The notes under the pieces were generated by a model. It saw nothing but the letters and a program-made list of their open reading frames with translations. It ran no database searches and was not told the origin of the DNA. Positions 49,613 through 59,675 of a stretch of DNA of 64,000 nt are shown here, piece by piece. A program made the translations under genes and the position numbers. Numbering within the stretch: position 1 is the stretch's first letter; every line of letters begins with the position of its first letter. The stretch is from Alphaproteobacteria bacterium (lineage in GTDB: Bacteria > Pseudomonadota > Alphaproteobacteria > UBA9219): the NCBI GenBank assembly GCA_013289265.1, contig JABDAH010000001.1:61379-125378 (forward strand), given 5' to 3'.

Positions 49613-50296
49613 TTACGGCATAGCCGCAATGATATCGGCGACGGCTTTGGAATCGGAATGCGCCGTGCGGTCAACCAGAATGCTTTCTGGTGTCGCTTCG
49701 GTTCCGTAGAGCTGCTGGTTCCATGTTTCGCGCGGCGCGATAACGGAACCTTCCAGCGAGACGCCAACAAATAAACCTTCGGAACGGGCGAAAGCGTACA
49801 TGTCAGCCTTGCTATCCAATCCGGTTGAAGCATTGGCACCCTTACCGAGCTCACCGATAGCGATACCGGCATCGGCACCTAAAGTGACTTCACGCTTCAG
49901 GATAGCGTTCAGGCCCTTTTCGGTCATAACGGTAATTACAAGCTCTGATGTCTGGCCGCCAAACTGTAAGCCCCAGCTAATACCGCCCAGAGTATAAAAA
50001 GCAGGTGCGCTCCATTTGCCGTCTTCATGCCGGACCAGCATGACGGCATTGCCGCCGCGGCCGCCGAAGAAGAAAGCAGCGCGAATAAGATTAGGGACAA
50101 TAATAATGGCTTTGGCGCGGGTTGCCAGATTAACAAGGCTTGGATACTGGTTATCCGACATCATGCTCTGCATAGAGCCGCGCGAGCGATCAACCAATTG
50201 CTCCGCCTCACTGCCGAACTCACCGGAGCTACGGCAGCTCGCCAGCGCGATCAGCATTGTGAAAATCAGCAGAAAACGGTTTCGAATCGTACGCAT
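49613..50296 (-). CDS. SYLF (Ysc84/DUF500) domain lipoprotein
   Basis: lipobox LIALASC after MRTIRNRFLL start (track ORF begins 50380); SYLF core FFFGGRGG...GLQFGGQ. Confidence 0.7.
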   Translation of the reverse strand: MRTIRNRFLLIFTMLIALASCRSSGEFGSEAEQLVDRSRGSMQSMMSDNQYPSLVNLATRAKAIIIVPNLIRAAFFFGGRGGNAVMLVRHEDGKWSAPAFYTLGGISWGLQFGGQTSELVITVMTEKGLNAILKREVTLGADAGIAIGELGKGANASTGLDSKADMYAFARSEGLFVGVSLEGSVIAPRETWNQQLYGTEATPESILVDRTAHSDSKAVADIIAAMP

Positions 50297-50360
50297 TAGT
50301 GGCGCTCCCAAGTCTATGGGATACCTATGCCGTCGCATCATGTCAAATTTGTGATTAGTT

Positions 50361-51191
50361 TCACTGAATCGCCAGAACAATGCCCAAAATCGTGATTTCG
50401 ACCACTTGCTGCAGGGTGCCGAGCAAAGGGCCGTTATAGCCGCGCAGGTGATTAGCCCCTATCAGCGCGACAATAAGGCCTGCAATGGTACCTGCCGTCA
50501 GGACCATCGCCGTATCTTCCCCCAGCATCGTAAAGGCGATGATGGCTCCGAGGCCAAGGGCTATGGCTACGCGCAACCCCGGGGGTTGGACAAAATGATC
50601 GGCGACAGGGTCGCCGGGCAGGGGGCGCAGCCAGGCAGCAGCCACGACCATCAAGGCACGTGACCAGCTGGCAGCAACAATCAACGCCTGAAATACAACC
50701 GCATTATCGGCAAAGCTGGCAATCGCACCGATTTTCATGATGATAATCATGATGATGCCGATAGTGCCGTAGCGCACTGACCGCTCCTCGCGCAGCCAAC
50801 CAATCTTCTTTTCCTTATCCAGTTCCAGCCCGTATTGATTGACGAGGGTGGCGAATTCTTCTTCATGCAGTGCGCGAGTGATCCACAGCATACCAATCAC
50901 AGCAAAAGTCGCGGTGATAGCGCCCGGCATGCGCATCTGTGTCATGATCCAGTCGATAGTGGCGCCGAACATGCCGATAGCCGCGCCGATGAGCGGGAAC
51001 CAGCCCATGGCCTTGCGGATCATGCGAGGCTTGGGTTCTTCCTGAAAGGACAGATTAAAGCGGGTCAGGTAGTTGATGGCGATTGACAGTTCCGCCCACA
51101 TATTTTCCGGGCAAGGCGGCTTGATGGTCAGCGCAGGAGCCGGTGGCGGTGAAGAAGGGGTAGGAATAGAATTTTCACTATTATCGCTCAT
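50361..51191 (-). CDS. CobS/CobV-family membrane protein with degenerate catalytic motifs
   Basis: alignable to cobalamin-5-phosphate synthase (LTRF..., LWITRALHEEEFATLVN vs LWLTGAFHEDGLADTADG; RGYNGP vs GGQTGD); Pro-rich 30-aa N-extension. Confidence 0.55.
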   Translation of the reverse strand: MSDNSENSIPTPSSPPPAPALTIKPPCPENMWAELSIAINYLTRFNLSFQEEPKPRMIRKAMGWFPLIGAAIGMFGATIDWIMTQMRMPGAITATFAVIGMLWITRALHEEEFATLVNQYGLELDKEKKIGWLREERSVRYGTIGIIMIIIMKIGAIASFADNAVVFQALIVAASWSRALMVVAAAWLRPLPGDPVADHFVQPPGLRVAIALGLGAIIAFTMLGEDTAMVLTAGTIAGLIVALIGANHLRGYNGPLLGTLQQVVEITILGIVLAIQ

Positions 51192-51273
51192 AGATTTGTT
51201 ATAAGCGGATAAGGCAGAAACGGCAATGGGGACGGCAGGTTTTATTTAGCAAATCCTGTAGATAGATAACGAC

Positions 51274-53094
51274 ATGAACGACACGACGAAAACAATCCCC
51301 CAAAAGCCTCTGGCCTTTATGCTTTATATGCTGAGGCCCTACAGGCTTCGTGTGGCGGTGCTTCTTATATGCGTTTTTGTCGGCGCATCGACGGAAAGCC
51401 TACAGCCTTATGTCATCAAACTACTGGTTGATAGTTTAAGCGGCGGCGCAGACATTCATTCGGATATTTTTCTGCATCGTGCCTGTATGGCAGGTTTGGT
51501 TTTCGCCGCCTTACGTATTCTTATTCCGTCGGCTTGGTGGATGTTTAACACGCTTTACCGGCGTATTTCTCCAGCCATCGAGACAACAATAAGACGGGAT
51601 TTGCTGGAACGACTTTTGCGCCACCCCTATCCGTGGTTCCTGAACGGTTTCGCGGGCCGCACGGGGCAACGCATCGATACGGTGGTTCGTTCTTTCCGGG
51701 AGTTTTTCTTATTGGCTACGGACGACATGTTTTATGTTTTTGTCCGTGGCGTAACGTTACTGGTCATGCTCGGCAGTACGGATTTATATCTGGGGCTTGG
51801 CATGTTGATCTGGGCAGCCGCTACCGCACCCATCCATATTAAACTGAGTTCTATAAATGAGAAAAAAGTTTATGTCTGGATTGGAAAAGTGGGCCAGTTC
51901 ACTGAGCGTATCGTTGATATATGCATCAATATCTTCAGCGTGCGGTCGAATGGCGGTGCGATCCTTCGCGAACAGCAGGATTGCCGCGGTTTTGCCGAAG
52001 ATATTCAGCGACAGGAAATGCAAGTCGTCAAGACATGGCGGCTGATCAGCGCAACGCGTACTAATTTGAATACGTTGCTTTATGCAGTTTTATTCATCAC
52101 CGGTTTTTGCCGTTGGCGCACAGGCCACATTACAGTGGGTGATCTGGCTATGACTTTATCTTCCGGCATTCTCATGGTCGATATCATGGACAATTTCCTG
52201 AAGAAAAATCAGCAGGTCGCACAGGTGTTCGGCAATTTACGGGAGTCTCTGGAAGGGTTGCTCGGTGACTTGCCGCCACCGCCGAAATTCTTGCCGGTTT
52301 TTCAGCCGCACAAAGGCGCAATCGATTTCAACGCGATTTCTTTTGGGTACTTGGCGGATAAAAAAGTTTTGCATGGTTTTTCCCTAAATATCAAAGCGGG
52401 CGAGAAAGTGGCATTAGTAGGCCCATCTGGCGCTGGTAAATCCACGCTGATTTCCCTGTTGCTTGGTTTATGGGATGCGCAAGAGGGACAAATTCTGGTC
52501 GATGGTCAGGACATTACACACATTGACCGTGAAAGCCTGCTGCGCCAAATCGCCGTTATCCCGCAGGATACATCGCTGTTTCATCGCACATTGTACGACA
52601 ACATAGCCTATGGCAGTGACAAGGCTGACCATGCTTCGATAGAAGCCGCAGCAAAGGCGGCGCATATCCATGATTTTATTATGGCGCAGCCCCTTGGTTA
52701 CCAGACAATGGTTGGCGAGCGCGGGCTAAAACTTTCCGGCGGGCAGCGGCAACGCATTGCCGTGGCCAGAGCCATTTACAAAAACGCCCCAATTCTTTTG
52801 TTGGATGAAGCGACATCAGCGCTCGATAGTGAATCTGAACAGGCTATTCAGGATGCGCTGCATAAGTTGATCCCGGAAAAAACGGTTCTGGCTATCGCGC
52901 ATCGTCTGTCGACTATTGCTGATGTCGACCGGATTGTGGTTCTGGAAGCAGGACGTATAGTCGAGCAAGGTAGTCACGCCGAATTGCTAGCGGCCAAGGG
53001 CCGTTATGCCCGACTTTGGGCGATGCAGTCAGGGGGATATTTACCGGAACCACCTGCGTATGAATGGGATACGCCTGCATCTGCGTTATCCTGA
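51274..53094 (+). CDS. ABC exporter, fused permease/ATPase (MsbA-like)
   Basis: 6-TM domain plus Walker A GPSGAGKST, signature LSGGQRQR. Confidence 0.88.
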   Translation: MNDTTKTIPQKPLAFMLYMLRPYRLRVAVLLICVFVGASTESLQPYVIKLLVDSLSGGADIHSDIFLHRACMAGLVFAALRILIPSAWWMFNTLYRRISPAIETTIRRDLLERLLRHPYPWFLNGFAGRTGQRIDTVVRSFREFFLLATDDMFYVFVRGVTLLVMLGSTDLYLGLGMLIWAAATAPIHIKLSSINEKKVYVWIGKVGQFTERIVDICINIFSVRSNGGAILREQQDCRGFAEDIQRQEMQVVKTWRLISATRTNLNTLLYAVLFITGFCRWRTGHITVGDLAMTLSSGILMVDIMDNFLKKNQQVAQVFGNLRESLEGLLGDLPPPPKFLPVFQPHKGAIDFNAISFGYLADKKVLHGFSLNIKAGEKVALVGPSGAGKSTLISLLLGLWDAQEGQILVDGQDITHIDRESLLRQIAVIPQDTSLFHRTLYDNIAYGSDKADHASIEAAAKAAHIHDFIMAQPLGYQTMVGERGLKLSGGQRQRIAVARAIYKNAPILLLDEATSALDSESEQAIQDALHKLIPEKTVLAIAHRLSTIADVDRIVVLEAGRIVEQGSHAELLAAKGRYARLWAMQSGGYLPEPPAYEWDTPASALS

Positions 53095-53153
53095 TCGGTA
53101 GCTTAAACTGGCAAAATTTGTTATACTGCCAAACCAACTAACGAAAGTTTCTC

Positions 53154-54587
53154 ATGTCCTCTATCACACGTACCGATGATTTATTTTTTACCCAGACCGG
53201 TATGGACCGCGCCAATGTTGAGCGTACGGTCAATGATGCTCTGTCGGGCGCTGACGATGGTGAGCTATTTCTGGAATATAACCAGTCAGAGAGTATGGTG
53301 TGGGATGATGGCAAGCTGAAAAGCGCAAGCTTCGACACGACGCAGGGTTTTGGTTTGCGGGCGGTGTCGGGTGAGACGACAGGCTATGCTCACGGCGTCA
53401 ATCTGGATGAACAGGCAATCAAACGCGCTGCGCAAACGGTGCAGGCCGTGCGCGGCGGGCATGCGGGTGAGATGTCGCTACCGCCGCAAGGAACCAACCG
53501 CCATTTATACGACGAAGCCAATCCACTGCAGGGTAAGGATTTTAGCGACAAAGTAAAACTGCTCCAGCAAATCGACTCCTACATCCGCGAAAAAGATTCG
53601 CGCGTGCATCAGGTTAGCGTTTCGCTATCCGGTAACTGGCAGGCGGTGCAAATCATCCGCGCAGGGGGCTGGCGCGCGTCTGATATTCGCCCACTGGTTC
53701 GCTTGAATATCTCTGTCGTAACACGCAACGGCGAACGTATCGAAGCAGGCGGTACCGGCGGCGGCGGTCGCCTTGAATATGCGCGCTGGTTTGATCCTGC
53801 CGAATGGCGGCATCTGGCCGATGAAGCTTTGCGTAAATCCCTTGTCAATCAGGAAGCGGTGGAATCCCCCGCTGGTGAAATGACAGTAGTGCTTGGGCCC
53901 GGCTGGCCTGCCGTTATGTTGCATGAAGCTATCGGCCACGGGTTGGAAGGCGATTTTAATCGCAAAAAAACATCGGCTTTCTCCGAACTCATGGGGCAGC
54001 AGATTGCAGCCAAAGGTGTGACGATTGTCGATGACGGCACGATTGATCAGCGCCGCGGTTCCATCAGCATCGACGATGAAGGCACGCCATCGCAATGCAC
54101 GACCCTGATTGAGGACGGTGTTCTGGTCGGCTTTATGCAGGACCGGCTCAATGCGCGTTTGATGGGTGTGAAGGCTACCGGCAATGGACGTCGCGAAAGC
54201 TTTGCTTGCCAGCCATTCCCGCGCATGACGAATACGATTATGCGGCCAGGTACGATGACTAACGAAGAAATTATTTCTTCCGTCAAAAAAGGCATCTACG
54301 CGGTCGATTTCGGCGGCGGTCAGGTGGACATTACCTCCGGCAAATTCGTTTTCACCGCTAATGAGGCTTACGAGATTGAAAATGGTAAGGTCGGGCGACC
54401 TATCAAGGGTGCGTCACTGGTGGGTGTCGGCTTCGAAGCGTTGAAGCGCATCAGCATGATCGGTGACGACACGATGCTTGACGGCGGCATCGGCACCTGT
54501 GGCAAAAACGGCCAGAGCGTCCCGGTCGGTGTCGGCCAACCCACGATGCGGCTTGAACAAATGACTGTTGGTGGCAAGGGCGGTTAA
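53154..54587 (+). CDS. tldD: metalloprotease TldD
   Basis: 477 aa PmbA/TldD fold with HEAIGHGLE motif. Confidence 0.9.
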   Translation: MSSITRTDDLFFTQTGMDRANVERTVNDALSGADDGELFLEYNQSESMVWDDGKLKSASFDTTQGFGLRAVSGETTGYAHGVNLDEQAIKRAAQTVQAVRGGHAGEMSLPPQGTNRHLYDEANPLQGKDFSDKVKLLQQIDSYIREKDSRVHQVSVSLSGNWQAVQIIRAGGWRASDIRPLVRLNISVVTRNGERIEAGGTGGGGRLEYARWFDPAEWRHLADEALRKSLVNQEAVESPAGEMTVVLGPGWPAVMLHEAIGHGLEGDFNRKKTSAFSELMGQQIAAKGVTIVDDGTIDQRRGSISIDDEGTPSQCTTLIEDGVLVGFMQDRLNARLMGVKATGNGRRESFACQPFPRMTNTIMRPGTMTNEEIISSVKKGIYAVDFGGGQVDITSGKFVFTANEAYEIENGKVGRPIKGASLVGVGFEALKRISMIGDDTMLDGGIGTCGKNGQSVPVGVGQPTMRLEQMTVGGKGG

Positions 54588-55981
54588 CCGTTTTCCCGTA
54601 AGTCCGGCGGCGGAAGCAGGCGGCACATGTTGAAGAGTTTCTGCATGTTGAAATCGTGGAAATAGAATTTCTGCATTAGCAGTTGATCGGCGCGGTTCTG
54701 GCCACTTTCGGTAATGTCGAACAGCACATTCAAATAACGCGCTTCATCAGCGCCGCCATTGAGGCGCTCAGTTCTGTGCCGTAAACCTTGCTGCGCTATA
54801 TGTAGCGTATCTTTCGCGATATCCAGCACCGAACGGCCGCGCACTACTGCTTTAAAGCCGACACGCGGCACGGCCTTGTGCAATTGATCTTTGTCTTCAG
54901 CGGTCCATTCTTTGACAAGGTCGGTCGCTGCGTCCAAAGAGGCTTCGTCATACATCAGGCCGACCCAGTATGCGGGCATGGCCAGCAGCATCTCATTACT
55001 GCCAGCATCGCAGCCGCGCATTTCCAAAACTTTCTTCAGGCGAACATCCGGGAAGATCGTCGTCAGATGGTTGGCCCAGTCGGTCATTGTCGGTTGTTGG
55101 CCGGGCAGGGCGGGCAATTTGCCCTTCATGAAGTCGCGGAAGCTTTGGCCGTAACAATCAATATAGCGATCGTTGCGATAGATGAACTGCATCGGTACAT
55201 TCAGCGCATAGTCCGTATAACGCTCAAACCCAAAACCTTCTTCATAGACAAAAGGTACGGGGCCGGAGCGATGCGGGTCCATATTTTCCCAGACATGCAT
55301 GCGGTAGCTGTTAAAGCCGTTCGGTTCTCCCTCGGTAAAAGGCGACGAGGCGAACAGGGCTGTCGAAATGGGTTGCAGAGCCAGCGAGGTGCGAAATTTC
55401 TTCACCATGTCGGCTTCGCTTGAGAAATCCAGATTAACCTGCACCGTGCAGGTGCGCAGCATCATATCCAGCGCCATCGAACCGAAGGCAGGCATATGCT
55501 TTTGCTGAATTTCGTAACGCGCTTTGGGCACCAGTTTGATATCTTCGCGCTTTGCCGTCGGGTGAAACCCAATGCCAAGGAAACCGATGCCCAGCTTTTC
55601 GGCAACTTCGTTGATTTCGACCATATGCTGATCAATTTCAGCGGAAGTTTCATGCAGGGTGCCGAGCGGCGCGCCGGAAAGTTCCACCTGTCCGCCGGGC
55701 TCAAACGAAATCGCGGCGCCGACTCTGGTAAGGCCGATAATATTGTAGCCTTCGGTCACGGCTTTCCAGCCGAAATTATCCTGCATGCCGACAAGAAAAT
55801 CACGCAGGCCGTTGGGCTCGTCATAACTGACGGGTTTTAATGTCGAGAGGCGATAGGCAAATTTTTCATGCTCGCAGCCAATACGCCATTCCGCTTTCGG
55901 TTTAACCGCGCCGGAAAAATACTCGACCAGCTGCCGCTGATCGGTGATTGGTTGATTGGATTCGTTGACGAGAACAGACAT
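54584..55981 (-). CDS. gshA: glutamate--cysteine ligase, plant/alphaproteobacterial type (GCS2)
   Basis: 465 aa GCS2-family similarity (RIGCEHEKF...). Confidence 0.85.
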   Translation of the reverse strand: MSVLVNESNQPITDQRQLVEYFSGAVKPKAEWRIGCEHEKFAYRLSTLKPVSYDEPNGLRDFLVGMQDNFGWKAVTEGYNIIGLTRVGAAISFEPGGQVELSGAPLGTLHETSAEIDQHMVEINEVAEKLGIGFLGIGFHPTAKREDIKLVPKARYEIQQKHMPAFGSMALDMMLRTCTVQVNLDFSSEADMVKKFRTSLALQPISTALFASSPFTEGEPNGFNSYRMHVWENMDPHRSGPVPFVYEEGFGFERYTDYALNVPMQFIYRNDRYIDCYGQSFRDFMKGKLPALPGQQPTMTDWANHLTTIFPDVRLKKVLEMRGCDAGSNEMLLAMPAYWVGLMYDEASLDAATDLVKEWTAEDKDQLHKAVPRVGFKAVVRGRSVLDIAKDTLHIAQQGLRHRTERLNGGADEARYLNVLFDITESGQNRADQLLMQKFYFHDFNMQKLFNMCRLLPPPDLRENG

Positions 55982-56050
55982 GCGAAGGGCAGGGGCTGGT
56001 TCAAAGGTCAGGGAGCCTAGCCGATAAAATCATCCGCTGTCTAATTTTGA

Positions 56051-56808
56051 TTAGTTTCTTATATCTTGTGTCCAGTCGCCGCATGCAGCTTGCCAGCAGC
56101 TGATAGCGCTGATAGCTGCGGTATCGGCGCGTAAAATGCGCGGACCTAATTGTACAAATACGGCATTGGGAATTGCGTGAAACTTTTGCAACTCATCTTC
56201 CGTGAAACCACCTTCAGGGCCAGTGACGATAGCAACTTTGGATGCTGTTTGCAGGGCAGGGGACTGAAAAGCCTGTTTCAACGGCAATGCCTGGCCGAAT
56301 TCTGCGCAAACAATAAGCGTGCGATCCTGCGGCCAGCCTGTTGATAACTCTGCAAGCGTCACAGGTTTTGCGATTACCGGAATATTCATGCGCTCTGATT
56401 GCTCGGCGGCTTCGGTAGCAATGGAAGTACAACGTTCCACATTCACTTCGCGAATTTGCGTGCGCGATGTGAGAACTGGTTTGATGCGTGCCACGCCAAG
56501 CTCCGTCGCTTTTTCGATCATATAATCAAAATGCGCTTTCTTGATCGGCGCGCAGCATAGCCATAAATCTGGCTCGCCCTTCTGTGGCTTCAACTGTTTT
56601 TGAAGTGTAACTAAAACGGAACGTTTTTTAATTTCGCTGATGACGCCAGCCCATTCACCGTCGCGCCCGTTGAACAGGCGCAAGGCATCGCTCGCCTTCA
56701 GTCGCATTACATGCTGCAGGTAATGCGCCTGATTGGCTTCAATAGTTAATGTTAGTCCCTGCCCCAAATCGTTAATAACGTACAGGCGCGGTGCGTGCTG
56801 AATATCCA
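56051..56808 (-). CDS. rsmE: 16S rRNA (uracil1498-N3)-methyltransferase
   Basis: RsmE/DUF558 PUA plus SPOUT domains; start at MDIQHAPRLYV (track ORF extends to GTG 56905). Confidence 0.8.
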
Positions 56809-56913
56809 TGAGCCGGGTTTTATCACTGAAAGTGATCGCCGGAAATGGATTTAACTGACGGATACATATTGAAGCGGCTACAAACTTCGGTATATGTATC
56901 CCCACCGCTGCAT

Positions 56914-57003
56914 GGATGGGTGTCCGAGTGGTTTAAGGAACCGGTCTTGAAAACCGGCGAGGGTGCAAGCTCTCCGTGGGTTCGAATCCCACCCCATCCG
57001 CCA
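56914..57003 (+). tRNA. tRNA-Ser (anticodon TGA)
   Basis: acceptor GGATGGG/CCCATCC, anticodon loop CTTGAAA, long variable arm, TTCGAATCC T-loop, encoded CCA. Confidence 0.85.
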
Positions 57004-57133
57004 TATACTTCGACGAATTAACGATAATAATGGTTATTTTTAACCTGCATCTTGGTTAAAAGATGAAAGCATTTACAGGGTTTGATTTAAGTTAGGTTTG
57101 GTTACTATAGTCTTCAGGTAATCAATATATCTA

Positions 57134-58171
57134 TTGGTCATTACTGTGATACCAGAATTACACATTAACAGCCCTAAAAGTTTTCTTGATGCCTGCGTTA
57201 TAATAGGCGGATTGGATGCTTGTGAAGTATTAGATGGATTGCAGACATTATATCTTCACTGTCGGGCTCCACTTGATGCCCAAGGGAAAAGAAGTGAGTC
57301 TTATGTTTCGGAGCAAAGCATCCTTATTCTCCGCATGATTGCCAATAGAACTGATATTTACAATAGAAACAGATTCACAATAAGATATTCGGATGCCATC
57401 AAAGCCTCTGTAACCCTTATTATTTCAAACAGACCTCCTATTCCTCTGAATATAGAATCTCCACAGACATTACCGGATATACTGATCAATAAGCCGCATA
57501 GCCCGCGCAAGTTTTTCTCAATTCCACAATCACCTTCCGAAACACTAAAGCCTGGATCAGAAAAAGATAAGCCTTTAAAACCTAAGCCATTCACCTGTGT
57601 ATCTTTGGAATTATCGAAACTTTCTCCAGCCATAATAAAAAGAGCAAATAGTAACTCTAGAATCTGGCGAATACGTATTTCTGATTTTAGTTTAATGCTT
57701 GTCCCTCAGAAAAGTAAAGTAGACTTAAGGGCTGCCTCGGAAGTATTAAGTGCTGACCAGATAGAAATAGATTCCCAATATGGTTATTTTCGGACGCCCG
57801 GTGGGCAAAAAATTCTTAAAGCTTTGCCTCAATATAGAGACTGCGCTCTAAAGGAATTAACGCAGGAAATCGCTGAATGGTTATCATTTCGGGGCCTCAT
57901 ACCCAACATTCGTCAGATTGGGAACGTCAACAAACCCCCTGTTCCTTCGGTGGCGCGACGAATAGAAGGGCAGCTTGCTGCGATCGCTTTGTTGCTTGCT
58001 AAGAATGAGGGGAGCAGTGATTGGAAAAGACGTATAAAGAAATTTTTTGACAGCAAAACAGTGCCTTCAGGGGCCGCAAATGATACCCATGATACCCATG
58101 GTAATATTGTAGCTTCTCATCCGGATTATCTCAGCATAAATATGAAAAGGCATTTCGGTCTTGAAACTTAA
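57134..58171 (+). CDS. hypothetical protein, AT-rich islet, paralogue A
   Basis: 345-aa ORF in approx 38-40 percent GC region directly 3' of tRNA-Ser; shares YxxTxxGxKxLKxAPxx and L(T)xEIxxWLSFxGxIPN blocks with next ORF. Confidence 0.55.
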   Translation: MVITVIPELHINSPKSFLDACVIIGGLDACEVLDGLQTLYLHCRAPLDAQGKRSESYVSEQSILILRMIANRTDIYNRNRFTIRYSDAIKASVTLIISNRPPIPLNIESPQTLPDILINKPHSPRKFFSIPQSPSETLKPGSEKDKPLKPKPFTCVSLELSKLSPAIIKRANSNSRIWRIRISDFSLMLVPQKSKVDLRAASEVLSADQIEIDSQYGYFRTPGGQKILKALPQYRDCALKELTQEIAEWLSFRGLIPNIRQIGNVNKPPVPSVARRIEGQLAAIALLLAKNEGSSDWKRRIKKFFDSKTVPSGAANDTHDTHGNIVASHPDYLSINMKRHFGLET

Positions 58172-58222
58172 ACACGTACTCGCTTTTATATTTTAACCAG
58201 CTTTGTTGCGAACTTTTTTGCT

Positions 58223-58957
58223 ATGAAAATAACTATCGGATTAGTCGGCTTTAAAGTTATGCGAGAAATGACGCTTGGATCGACGTTAAGGCCGGTCCGA
58301 GTTATTGAGTCTCCCCCTCTTTTAAAGAAACAGACGAAAAGTACTCATTTTAAATATCTTAACAGAAGCCTTACGCCTAAAGGTTTTAGATCTCGATCAT
58401 GGACTCGTAATTTCTCAAAACAGCCAATCAGGTTACTAAATAGGCCGGTTACAGACTTATATTTCACCGTAAGGAAGGCTATTACATATCCCTTGTTAGT
58501 TACCGGAATGGGAGAAAAAAGTTGTGCTTTATATCCTTGTTGTCCTTACCTAAAGACAAAAGATGGCCGAAAGCTTTTAAAAATTGCTCCCGAGCTTGCT
58601 GATCTAACAATTGATGGCTTAACGGAGAAGATTATTGCATGGTTGTCATTTAATGGCCATATCCCCAATCTTGCTATGAGCCAGCGACCCGCGCCGATAT
58701 CAGAAAGAAACTTTTTGCAAAAGATCGATAACGCTAGAAATTCTTTGAAAGGGTTGTTGGGCACTGGCAATGGTGAAAATGAACAAAAAAAGTGGGTTTA
58801 CTTTTACGCGCTTCATTTAAATCCAGTCTATATGGCTCAAGCCCCTCTCCAACCTTACAAATATGAATTTTTGTTCCCGTCATATGTAGGTGCCTTTGAT
58901 CCCTATACTGCGGCGAGGCAGAAGGTATCCTTTTACCTAGGCTCTTTGAAACCATAA
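58223..58957 (+). CDS. hypothetical protein, AT-rich islet, paralogue B
   Basis: 244 aa; paralogous to 57134..58171. Confidence 0.55.
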   Translation: MKITIGLVGFKVMREMTLGSTLRPVRVIESPPLLKKQTKSTHFKYLNRSLTPKGFRSRSWTRNFSKQPIRLLNRPVTDLYFTVRKAITYPLLVTGMGEKSCALYPCCPYLKTKDGRKLLKIAPELADLTIDGLTEKIIAWLSFNGHIPNLAMSQRPAPISERNFLQKIDNARNSLKGLLGTGNGENEQKKWVYFYALHLNPVYMAQAPLQPYKYEFLFPSYVGAFDPYTAARQKVSFYLGSLKP

Positions 58958-59291
58958 AAATCCTAAACAAACCCTTGACTAGCCGATCAAATAATCATAA
59001 AAACGCGAGCCTTTTTGGAGTCGGTGGTAGATCCGTGATGCGCTAACCCTTTAAATATCAAGGGCTAAGCGAGGAACGCAATCTAGACGAGGCTCCGGAT
59101 GTTGCAAAAGTTGCATAGCCTGTGTTGACGATTACGGCTGTCGGCGAGGGAAACCTTTTCAGACGTGTCGAGTCATCCGGTGTTAGGTAATAAGTACCCC
59201 ACGCGGAGCGCTGAACCCTATAGCGCTCTGAGGTGGGTTTTGCGTTTTGAAGATAAGTTCGTCTGATCGACATCGATTAAATGGAGTATGG

Positions 59292-59663
59292 ATGCCTACA
59301 ATTAACCAATTGATCCGCAAGAAGCGCCAGCCGCTTAAAACGCGTGACAAGGTTCCGGCCCTGCAGGAAAGCCCGCAAAAGCGCGGCGTCTGCACCCGCG
59401 TTTATACGACTACGCCAAAGAAGCCAAACTCGGCTCTGCGTAAGGTCGCGCGCGTCCGTCTGACCAATGGCCATGAAGTTATCAGCTACATTCCCGGCGA
59501 AGGCCACAACCTGCAAGAACATAGCGTCGTGATGATCCGCGGCGGTCGTGTAAAGGATTTGCCAGGCGTTCGTTACCACATCATCCGCGGCACGCTCGAT
59601 ACGCAAGGCGTGAAAGACCGCAAAAAGCGCCGTTCGATGTACGGCGCGAAACGTCCGAAGTAA
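59292..59663 (+). CDS. rpsL: 30S ribosomal protein S12
   Basis: [10 protein letters not shown]...; GGAGT RBS; track ORF upstream extension rejected. Confidence 0.95.
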   Translation: MPTINQLIRKKRQPLKTRDKVPALQESPQKRGVCTRVYTTTPKKPNSALRKVARVRLTNGHEVISYIPGEGHNLQEHSVVMIRGGRVKDLPGVRYHIIRGTLDTQGVKDRKKRRSMYGAKRPK

Positions 59664-59675
59664 GAGGTATTTGAA

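Noticed and set aside
54584-55981. Plant-type glutamate-cysteine ligase as a horizontal-transfer oddity
   Set aside because: GCS2-family GshA is the normal form in alphaproteobacteria and its GC content matches the neighbouring genes.
56806-56830. Apparent in-frame stop or frame break in rsmE when reading the displayed nucleotides
   Set aside because: The displayed line appears to carry a one-base typographical discrepancy (another line, 32341, shows a 9-character block). The ORF track gives a continuous 284-aa frame, so this is treated as a display artefact rather than a frameshift.
57004-59000. Integrase, transposase or IS elements in the AT-rich islet
   Set aside because: No ORF shows integrase/DDE motifs and no terminal inverted repeats were found. 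It is reported only as a compositional islet with unknown cargo.
59247-59291. Upstream extension of rpsL ([15 protein letters not shown]...)
   Set aside because: S12 universally starts MPTINQL, and GGAGT precedes ATG 59292.
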